This document shows, in pieces, positions 12,925-23,149 of a DNA stretch of 64,000 nt; the stretch's first letter is position 1; each line of letters starts with the position of its first letter. The stretch lies in NCBI GenBank assembly GCA_900088475.1, contig FLMG01001166.1:1-64000 (forward strand), given 5' to 3'. The notes below the pieces were generated by a model, which had not been told where the DNA came from, ran no database searches, and saw only the letters and a list, made by a program, of their open reading frames with translations. This DNA comes from Hyphochytrium catenoides (Eukaryota > Protista > Hyphochytriomycota). Position numbers and translations under genes: made by a program.

Positions 12925-15087
12925 GAGTACTCCTATCATTATCTAGTTAGATGAGGGTTTTTGGAGTTTGGAGGACAAGTTGTGGAGGAGGACTTTGTCT
13001 CTCATGCCTAATGTAATAAGAGCGAACAATGAAACGGAACAGAAATAACCTGTCAGCCAAAGCTCAGGTTGGCATTTCGAACGCATGCGGCTTACCACAT
13101 TCAAATAGGCCGATAAGATGTCTTGGTATGTCTCTAGGTTCTCGGAGAAGTCTCTTGTAGATCTTGAGATTCTTCAAATAGATAAGCAGGGTCATGAGCA
13201 GCTCCTCCTCGTCTTCAACTTGTACCGCCTGCTTAACGGTGGACTGGTTAAATCATTTATCTCCTCCTCTCATACTTGGCTGACTTACACCAGCACGATG
13301 ATTGCGGCCCGCACTCCTTGCCAATTCTTCTATTGACACAAAGAATAGCACCACAAGAAAGCTGACAATTAGAAAAGTTAGCGTTGTCGCCATGAGGAAA
13401 TGCCGGACCTGCCATGGTACGTAGGGACATCTGCTCCAGAGTTAGGCCTCCTGGTGTAAGTGCCCTTAAAAGAGAGGTCCTGAACCTCTGTACGACTTCA
13501 GATGTTTCTGGCATTACTTGACCGCTAAGAAAATTCAACACTTGGCTTGACTGGGGAGAGACAATAAGGCTGTGGGTGAAAGAGGACAAAGAGCATTACG
13601 TTCGTCGCGGAATGGCACTGCCGTAGTGAGTCTTATAGGGAGGTTAAATTAGATAGTTGCCTTCAACCTAACCGAAGGTTACCCCTATGTGTGGCAACCC
13701 CCGACAGGAATCTTACCATTTAAATCTCACGATGACGGACGACTGAGTGGACTTCTCAAGCTGCTGCTGCAGCATAGAGGCTTCACTTAGCTCCAAGCAC
13801 AGTATCTGGTGCCGCCTACGCCCCAACAGGAGAGTAAAGTTGTACATTCATCAGCGCACATCCCACTTTCAGTATCAAACGATGGGTAACTTCTTATAGC
13901 TGCATCTGATTCGGAATCACCTCCAACAACCTGGGCCTAGGAGGTTGGAGATGTGCATGGTCTTCCCAGTAGTGGGCGTTTTCGCAGTGACAAGAATGTG
14001 TACTGAATAACTCGTTTTCGATGGGGGTGCGAGCGAGCCTAGCTCTTGGTCTTGGGGCGAAAAACCAGGAGATGTCAAGAATCCCTTAAAGAGTATGACC
14101 GTTACTTCTGACCTACGCTAACCTGACTCAATTGCTGCAGTCTCCCAACCTTCATTGCTGTCGTAGTAGCAGCTGTTATTCCAGCAGGCTAGCCTCGTCA
14201 TCAGGGTTCACTCACCTTTTTTGCCGCAAACCATCGTAACAGTAGCGTCCGTTCTCAATGCACTGGTTTCTCGCGGTGCTTTCTCCGATATTTGGGACTC
14301 TGCTGAGATTAGAGTGTGTTCAGGGTGGTTAAGGGTAGTAGATGAGGATTCGTAGCTCAGGTGAGCGGCAGGATACTGTGCATACGTGGGCTTCAGACTT
14401 TCTTTGAGGCTGTGCTCATTGATGGCTATTGGCAGAATTAAGCTATCGGTTTGTCTTTGCCTTTTGTTGCCGGATCGTTTCCGACTCTCAGAAATGACTG
14501 ACCGGGCTTCCAGAGCTGAAGAAGAGGACACAGGAAGCCCCATTCAGCAATAGAATCCCTCGTCGAACGATAGAAGTACTCTAATAAGTGACTCACGAAT
14601 AAGCGCGAGACCCGTATAAACAAGTACTTCCTCCCCTGGAGTCGCCACGCTTTGCAGCAGCAGTTCTACCAAAACATCTTCCATGTGGTGACTTGCTGTG
14701 GTCGCGTGCTCATCATCATTGCTCAAGGTAATCTTCATGACAAAATAGAGAGACTGCAGAGCCTTGGCTCGAAAGAGCTATTATCAAATGGCAAAAGCAG
14801 GGGCTTGATGTTTACGTCAGTCATAAACAGACGAATTTTGGTCAACACCTTTCAGTAGCGGGATTCTCTGCAGAATCTGCGGCAGCCTCTACTGATTGTC
14901 TCCTGTGCGAAACTTCTCTTGTGGCAGGTGATAAATCAAGCTGCATGATATGACTTTGCAGGTCCAAGTTCTCCTCCTTCTCAATAAAATTATTGTCATT
15001 CATTAATAAAACAGATTTCGCGGAGGATGCTTTATAAGGTTCTGACTCTATGAAACTCCGCTGCGTCCTCATTCGCGGCTCATGCAC
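12925..15087 (-). pseudogene. Decayed intron-containing gene of unknown function
   Basis: Coding-like blocks bounded by GT/AG sites (e.g. AVQVEDEEELLMTLLIYLKNLKIYKRLLREP near 13230-13100). ORFs 14738-14544 and 14543-14208 are in the same frame, separated by a single TGA. I could not reconcile the exon phases. Confidence 0.35.
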
Positions 15088-15090
15088 ACT

Positions 15091-15150
15091 GCTTCCGAAA
15101 TCGATTTTCGAAGCTTCTCTGCTTCCGAAATAGATTTTCGAAGCTTCTCA
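15091..15150. repeat. 30-bp tandem duplication with a palindromic core
   Basis: GCTTCCGAAATCGATTTTCGAAGCTTCTCT followed by GCTTCCGAAATAGATTTTCGAAGCTTCTCA. Confidence 0.9.
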
Positions 15151-16376
15151 GACGTAGAAATGAGTTTTCATGTCTCTTCGTAAACGATAAACTGGTGATG
15201 CTTTTCTGTAAGGCCTCATAAGAGTCTGATGAGCTTTTGAAGTTCTTTTATTTATACGCCTACCAAAACATGAGGAACACCAATATTTAGCACTGGAAAC
15301 TCAGATTCTTATTTTTCGAGAAATAAGGAAATAATTTCATATATTAGCCTTATAAGAATCCCGTTTTAACTATGCCTCACATTATGCACTACAGAAAGCT
15401 TGAGAGCTTCTAACAGGAAACAGAAGTATAAAATTTCTGTCTTTTTGTCGTCGTTTGGGTCGGACAGCGTCAAAACTGGCAGTGGAGGTGGAGGAGGGAG
15501 GAGGGAGGGGAAAGGTAAAAGAAAGGGACAGGGAGTAAAGTAACAACAGCCTTTCCGTCCTCTTACTAACAGTCAGACTCGCTCTTGGTAGCCCTGCCTT
15601 ACAGGGTCAGACTCCCTCAACGCTTTTGCGCCGAAACTCCCCTAATCTCAAGAGAGCTGCCTGCACAACTGGAGGCTACACACTCACCTTTCAAAAGTTT
15701 GGTTGGTCTCTGTATTGGGGACAGGACTAGGAAGGGGAGGACAGGTTGAGGGAAAGACAGAGGTAGGTATGGACAACTGTGGAATAGGGGTGGAGAGACG
15801 AGACTACCTCCATAGAAAGAGAGACCAAATGATCGAGACAGAACAGATACAACTATATATCCAAGCAACGGCTATCAGACGTACTAGATACGACAATTCA
15901 CAAGGTGAGGTATGATGAAAGGAAATTCTGTCTTTTATTCCATCCAAAGCCTCATCCTCTCAACCTTTTCCTCTCCCCATCATCCTCTCTTATTAGCGAG
16001 GCTCAGAGCTCAGGACGAACGCCAGCATCAGATCAAGGACAGCGCCACATCATTGCTCGGTTGCCGCCATTATTACCGCTGAGCCAAAGTCCGTCTCCCT
16101 CTTCTTCAATAGCCGCAGGCAAGTCCAAAGCTCCAAATCGCATCAGCAGAGGCTCCAAGACAAAGTTATCTCTTCAAGTTTATGTTGATGAGCCTCATGC
16201 TCTTGTTGTAAGTGTTCTCATTGTGAGGAGAAGACCTGCACCTTTGAGGAAGTAAGACGATGTTCGCACCTTGAGACGTTTGCGGAAAAGCGGGCGAAAA
16301 GCGGGAACAGCAAGCGATCGTCGAGTGCCAACGCGCGAAAGATCAGCGCACACTGAGGAGAGTGTAGACGCCTAGA

Positions 16377-17675
16377 ATGCCTGATGCTCTCCGTCATTCC
16401 TGCAAAGATGAAGAGGCAGTCAGCAGGCCAAAGCTTCTCTCGAGCCATATTGGGATAGGCTCTGTGCATCAGATTCTTCCCAAAAAAGGAAAAGAAGAAT
16501 GCTCCGACTCCGCTAAGGGCAGCAAGTCGACCAGAGTCGTCTGTGCTGCCAAGGTGGAGCGCAAATCTACACTCTGGCCAAATGTATGGAGAAAGCGGGT
16601 GCTGACAATGGATAATGGTATCCCAGCCGTTTTGACTGTTGCAAAGGAAAGTGGCGTTGTAGAGCTATCACTACTTCTTACGGCCCCATCGGTCGTGGCT
16701 CGCGCCAATGACACGGTGCTCAGCATCGCCATCGGCGGCCACAAGTTGAAAGTGCGGTACGAAAGTCCATCGCTGGCTGATCACTGGGAGTTCCTCTTGA
16801 AGTCATCGGTGTCTTCCTCTACATGGGTAGCGAGCTTTTTCAAGAGTTGTGAGCATGGAGATGTGATAAGTAATAACAACTCGCTCGTGCGTCTGGCGCG
16901 CAATCGGAGGACGGGAACCGCAATGGTAATCAAAACGACAGACTTGTACCTGCCTCAGTCCACGGACTTCTCGCTCTCCGAAGCAATGGTGATCAACCGA
17001 CTTCTGGGAGCGCCACAGAACGCTAACGTGCTAAATTATAATGCTGTCTTCCAGCTCAACGAGAGAGTTTATATTGTTTCGCAGTTCTGTCAGGGAGGTA
17101 GTCTGTTCTCCTTCGTTCAACGCAATGGGCAACTCAGCGAGGCTTCTAGCGCTGTCCTAATCAAGCAGGTCATTATGGGCCTCAACCATCTACACTCCTT
17201 AGGAGTAGTGCATCTAGATGTGAAGCCTGAAAATATTCTTCTGGACCGGTCACGGGGTGGAGTGCACGTCCGGTTGTCTGACTTAGGCAGCGCAAAGTTC
17301 TATGGTTGTGACCGCTATGAAAAAGATATTCAGAGGATGAGCGGGACTCCAGGATATATGGCGCCGGAGGTATGCGATGGAAAGGACGGCTGGTTAGCAC
17401 CTTCGGCTGACATCTTTAGTGCTGGCGTGGTCCTATACAATATGTTGACCGGAGAACAACCATTCCAGGTCCATTCTCCAAGCAACATTTCTCGTAGCTT
17501 CGTGGTAAGTAACAATAGACTAGCGCACGTCAGCCCATGTTGTGCTAGCTTAGTAGCCGAAATGTTAGAAGTAGATCCTAGGAAGAGAATCAGAGGCGAG
17601 CAGGTTCTGGAGCATCCGTGGATACAGCGTTATACAGACTTAGAAGATGGGTGGAAGTCTCTTGTGATAGATTAG
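16377..17675 (+). CDS. PH-like domain + CAMK-group Ser/Thr kinase, intronless
   Basis: 432-aa ORF. PH-like segment VERKSTLWPNVWRKRVLTM..ADHWEFLLK. Kinase motifs VIK, HLDVKPENILL, DLG, GTPGYMAPE, DIFSAGVVLY, VLEHPWI. Confidence 0.9.
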   Translation: MPDALRHSCKDEEAVSRPKLLSSHIGIGSVHQILPKKGKEECSDSAKGSKSTRVVCAAKVERKSTLWPNVWRKRVLTMDNGIPAVLTVAKESGVVELSLLLTAPSVVARANDTVLSIAIGGHKLKVRYESPSLADHWEFLLKSSVSSSTWVASFFKSCEHGDVISNNNSLVRLARNRRTGTAMVIKTTDLYLPQSTDFSLSEAMVINRLLGAPQNANVLNYNAVFQLNERVYIVSQFCQGGSLFSFVQRNGQLSEASSAVLIKQVIMGLNHLHSLGVVHLDVKPENILLDRSRGGVHVRLSDLGSAKFYGCDRYEKDIQRMSGTPGYMAPEVCDGKDGWLAPSADIFSAGVVLYNMLTGEQPFQVHSPSNISRSFVVSNNRLAHVSPCCASLVAEMLEVDPRKRIRGEQVLEHPWIQRYTDLEDGWKSLVID

Positions 17676-18015
17676 CGGGAATGGAATGAGGTTCAGACGT
17701 AGGGAGCTTCTTCATTGTTGCAGTCAGGAAGAGGTAAAGGTTAGATATTTATTACTCATCCGCCAGTGTTATTATAAACATAATAAGTTATTCACTAAGT
17801 TACTACTCTTGTCGGCATGCTTCTTATAGTCCCAACAGATCATGGGTTGCGGTCTCAGACGGTGTTATCCTTCTCAACCCAGTCGGATGCCGTCCTCTGT
17901 TCTCCCCGCACTGAGCCATTTGTGCCAATCTTATCATTTGAGTGACTCATTGCAATATCTCGGTAGTTCACACTATTGGAAAGATATTGGGGCATCAAGA
18001 AGTCTTTTCAAGCCG

Positions 18016-19656
18016 TCACTTTCTCAACGCTGCAAGCCGAGCTTGAAGGTCATCTTCAATGGAAGCTGGCACAGCCTGCTTCCTTTCCGGTGCCGCAGCT
18101 AGTCATACGTTCGAAATTCGGCAAATAGAAAGTTGAGCCCCGAAGAGCATTAGCCAGTACTCTCTGTTGCCTATGTGACAAAAGCAAACTGACCTGCAGG
18201 GGCACGAATAGGTTGTACTCTACCGGCCGCATCTAGCTGATCGGCGAGCTGCAAGCCATTCTCCGCAGCGACCATCTAAGGAGAAGAGGAGAAGTACGTC
18301 AAAGAATTGGCAGATGCTGAGCTAGAGGGCCATCACGAGGTAGTATAGAATAAGCCCTGGAGTCTAGAATACACGACGCACCTCCATTAAGCTCTCAACG
18401 TCCTCAACTGGTGCTCCAGCAGCAGTAGTGGTGGTCATTGCTTGGGACATGTAGGCAGACTTCACATCCATGTCCTCAAACTGCCTTTCGAAGGTGTCCA
18501 TCGTCTTTGTAATCTTGAGGTCATCCAAGGTTAGTAAATGGAATTCTAGAGAGTGGTGTGACAGAGACTTCATGGAAGTCGATAGAGTGCTGTTGACATA
18601 AGACTTCACAGAAGAAGAGGACTTGGACGCTTCAAGGTGGAGATGAAGAGAAGCATAGTGCTGGAGCTCAGGCTTCGTTCAAAGACCCGCTAACTGGACA
18701 CAATAGCAAGAAGGCTGAGTACTACCTTGTCAACGTCCATTGTGGAGAGGACTGAGCTCATGCCTGTTACTATGCCCGCCATATCCTTAGTTAACTATAT
18801 CAAGTGCCTGCATTAGCTTGGAGGCCTCACCTCCTACACAGTAAAAACGCAACGAGAAACTTACCGAGCCCATTCGCATTGCGGTCTCTACCCTTGCGGC
18901 TACCTGGGTCAAGAGTAGAATGGTAAGGCGGCTGTATTGGCAGAATGCGACGAACGCCGAAGATGACATGGCACATACAGAGAACAGAGAACAGAGAATA
19001 GGTAAAAAGAGGTCCACAGGATGCAAGATGAGGGGCGAAGCTGCCAGAGGACCATCACTTCCGAGAAGAGGAGGCTGATGGCAGATATTGTAAAAGATCT
19101 ACGGCCACCACGATTGTAAAAGACATACGGCCACCACGACACTCCATTTGACAGAACGAAGGAATAACAGCTTTAGGACAGAGAGTACAGACGAAGGTAT
19201 GGGTGCACAATGACAGAACAATTTTCCTACGGCATCAAGCCTTGAAGAGAGCTGGAGATAACTCAGAGCTTGTGTCTTCTCCCTGATGGCATTCTGAGAG
19301 AGAGAGGTTAGAATATGATTGCCTCCTCCACTGTTCGCTAGCTGTATGTACCTGCGCATAGATCTTCGCTCCCTCGGTATTTCCCTGTTGAAGAGCCTGC
19401 AATGTCCATGTCAAACAACGGATTATGGAATACACTAGACCTTTTGGGGTTTTAGCCGACCTTCTTCACCTTCTCCTTCTGCAGTTGTTCATTCTTCTCA
19501 CACTTTTTCGCATTCCTAGCCAGACTTTTTGACGTGAACTTAAGATTGAAGAGCTGGTCTGCGGAGCGAATGATTAGCTAGTGACTAGCGCGAACGTCTT
19601 CCGAATAGAGTGAGGCAGTAAAAGTGACCTTCTAAAGCAGGCTTCTTCTTGAACAT
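18016..19656 (-). CDS. CHMP1: ESCRT-III subunit CHMP1/Did2/Vps46 (Snf7 family), 9 exons
   Basis: Spliced product MFKKKPALEDQLFNLKFTSKSLARNAKKCEK..ALQQGNTEGAKIYAQNAIREKTQALSYLQLSSRLDAVAARVETAMRM..MDTFERQFEDMDV..EDDLQARLAALRK* with a MIM1-like C-terminus; all exons in phase. Confidence 0.95.
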
Positions 19657-20239
19657 GGTAAACATCACCGAGCGCTTGCCGCGCCAAAGCTTAGAGAGCT
19701 CTTTGGCCCCGCAACCTCAGGACTCCTGGTCTTGTAAGGATCGCAATGGCGTCTGCACAGGGACCTTTGAGCTCTTAAGGTTTCTCCAAACTGCACACAT
19801 GCTAGTTAGCGCGCATGCTGGCGGCAGTACAGAGGCGCAATAACAGACGAAAGACTCATGTTGGACACAAGCATCCAGTAGAGACAGAGTGCTGAAGAGG
19901 CATCCTGACGGGACTAAATAAGCCCTATAGAGCTGAATTAGAGCGCATTCCACGAGACAGAACTGGAGAGATACGTAGGTCCCCTTCCTGCTCCCATTGT
20001 AATTGGTTCATTGTGGATTCTGACGCTTTAGTTACTATATTATAAGTAAAGAACATGCTTTTTTGAAAGCCTTTCCGATTATTTTTGGAGAAGAAAGAGA
20101 TTTTCTGCTGCAGATGCGAGGCTAGAGATCCGATGACACTCGTTCCACTCTATCCGATTCTCTAGCAGGTTCTCCAGCAACCCAGTCCTGCTGCGGAGCT
20201 GAATTGTGCTTCAGACGGACGTCTCGAGGATCTCTAGAT

Positions 20240-22666
20240 ATGTCGACTGAGCAGCAACTGAGGCTCGAGATAGAGCAGCTGAAGCAGAAGCTCCGAAAGT
20301 ATGAAAGTCAAGGTACCGGGCATCCTCTTGCTTCCATGAGATGGCAGCCTAGTAGGTCATCTTATTGCTTTACTCTCTTTATATAGAGACGGAACCCAAG
20401 GTTTCAGGGCGCCAGACCATCGACGTGATGTCAGCTGAGGTAAAGGATGACAATCCATATAGCCGCCTGATGGCCCTTAAGAGAATGGGAATCGTTGACA
20501 ACTATGAGCGCATTCGCGACTTCACCGTGATACTCGTTGGAGTGGGCGGCATTGGCGCGGTGGCTGCCGAGATGCTCACCAGGTATTATGTTATGATGAC
20601 GTAATCTGATCGTCACATGAAGACTTCTTTGATAGACTGAGGGTCGATGCGTGTTCTCTCTCGCATTCTTCTTCGGGTGGCCTCGGGACCTTCCCAACCT
20701 CAGTCCGTCCTTACTTAAAGCTATTCTTCCTCTTTCATATCCTGCCTTCTAATGCATCATCTTTCTTTTCTTAGGTGTGGCATAGGAAAGCTTATTCTCT
20801 ACGACTTGGACCGCGTGGAGCTGGCCAACATGAATCGGCTGTTCTTCCGTCCGGATCAGGCTGGCATGGCAAAGACTGATGCAGCTATACAGACCCTTAG
20901 AGGTATCGTTCTCTTTAGTTGATTCTTCTTCCCACCCCGTCGTCTTCCTTTCAGCAAAGAGTCATAATACCCTTCCTTTCTGCTTACGCTTGGCCACGTC
21001 CGCTGCTTTCTGCTAGCTTTATTGCGGAGAAGTTGCAGTCTTCTTCAATGAAAAGCATACCTTACACCGTAGTTCTCTTTCGGCACCTTATGGCATCACC
21101 CACTCTCCTGCCTGACTCCCCGTACATGCTAGAGATCAACCCGGACGTGGTCTTTGAGGGTTATGATTATGATATTACCACCACAAGAAATTTTGACTTC
21201 CTCCTTGACAGGATAAAGCACGGAGGGATGAAAGGCCAACAGGTGCTTTGCAGCTTATAATAACGTGCTCTGCTTTTCGGTTTACCTCCTTATTGCGCTT
21301 CACTATTCCGTCCGGCGCTTTACCCAATAATTCCTTCTGACGAGGAGGTCTGTGGGAAAAGCTAGTTTGGCCAGCACAAGTGGGGGCATTATCCGAAGTG
21401 GATGTTGAACTCTGTGTCGCTCCTTCATAGGTTGACTTGGTGCTGAGCTGTGTAGATAACTATGCCGCGAGGACTTCCATCAATCAGGCGTGCAATGAGC
21501 TGGACCAGGTAACTGCAACTAAGCGCCTTTTCCACGCGATAAGCGGCTGCATATATGTCCAGTGTTCATCCAACCCCACCATTTCTTTTTGCCTAACACC
21601 TCATCCGTCTAGCCGCTCACGTTTCTATGTACTTATTCCTCTCTGACCGGATCTTTTCTCAGGTATGGATGGAATCTGGTGTATCAGAGGATGCTGTTTC
21701 TGGACACATACAAACTCTGCTTCCCGGAAGAACTGCCTGCTTTGAGTGCATCCCTCCCCTGGTTGTTGCGTCAGGGATAGATGAGAAGACTCTGAAGAGA
21801 GAGGGCGTTTGCGCTGCCTCTCTTCCTACCACCATGGGCCTGATCGCCGCCTTATTGGTTCAGAACGTGCTGAAGTACTTGTTGGAGTTTGGGCAGGTTT
21901 GTAAGAGAAGACTCAGGGTTGAGTGCACAGGGTGACGCCATGTAGAAGAACGATATACCGGAGCCTATGTATGGCCACCATGACCTTGTACCTATGGCGT
22001 TTGTAGGGCTTCCATCCGACGTACACCGTTACCTTTGTGGGGTCCCTTACGTATCAACTGCATGTGTAGGTCTCCTACTATGTCGGTTACGCTGCGATGA
22101 AGGACTTCTTTCCCTCAAGTGTGTATAGGCCAAACCCTACGTGCCAGAATACATTTTGCGTTAGAAGGCAGGAAGAGTACCGGTAAGGAGCTGGGCTATC
22201 TCCAGTAGTTGCTATGTTGGAATCTTCATTGGAAGACGAGAATCTCTTACAATGTTTCTTTATTCTATCTGCTATAGGGGCAAGTGGGAGCCCATGGTCT
22301 GGGGAGCTCTAGGACATGATGGCAAGGAAGGGGTGGCCGCGCAGCATGAGGATAATGAATGGGGAATCGAGGTGACAGACTCATCAAATGCAGGCTCAGG
22401 AGGAACTTCGAATGACACTGGTAAGCTTTATTGCGCTAGATCGACTCTGTACGTCTATTTCTCCGAGGTCCATCGTGACTCCTCATGTCTTGCGGGTCTC
22501 TTTCTTGGACGGGTGAAGTAACGTTTGCTCTGTAGTGGTAGGCATTTCCTTTGCCTACGACCCGGTATCCCAGCAGCAACACCAAAGCGAGTCAACAGAG
22601 GAAACAATAGTCGACCAGTCAGAATCTAGCCTTGAGGAGCTGATGGCTCAGCTGAAGTCGTTATGA
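20240..22666 (+). CDS. UBA5: UFM1-activating E1 enzyme, 9 exons
   Basis: Motifs [92 protein letters not shown] (catalytic Cys), EDNEWGIEV and C-terminal [11 protein letters not shown]. Confidence 0.96.
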
Positions 22667-23149
22667 GAATATAAAGAAGTTGTCTTCGACGCCATTAAGC
22701 ATCGGTTACATGTCTGTCACCTCTCCATCTATCCAGAAATTCTTCTGGATTCACCGATGACAGGGACGCCCACAATAACAGGAGCTAGCCAAAGCAGCTC
22801 CTTCTCGACAGTCCCCTAGGCAGAGGGAAGAGCCTAGACAAAGGATGTAGCAGAGAAATGGACGCCTTCAAACGCAAGGTCTTTCAAAGTCACACTTTTA
22901 TCGTCATTAACGTTAAGGTCTATAGTACAAAGAGATTGTAGGTGACATGCGTTAGCCCCGCACGCCGGGGATCTTGTCAGAAACAGAGAGAGACAAGGGT
23001 GAGCGCACACTGAAAGAGCCTCGGTGTGGTACTAAGTAGAAAGGTTTGCCATACCACATCGTCGCGAGAAAGGGAAAAATAGCGCCACAACGGACGGGAC
23101 ACGAAACCGGGAGGAGCAATCTATCCGCCTACTTGCTGCTCTCTTGCGC

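Noticed and set aside
15091-15150. CRISPR-like palindromic 30-bp repeat
   Set aside because: Only two abutting copies, no spacers, no cas genes, and a eukaryotic context.
19087-19139. 26-bp tandem duplication in a CHMP1 intron (similar short duplications near 36501-36550 and 39221-39247)
   Set aside because: Ordinary slippage duplications with no sign of function.
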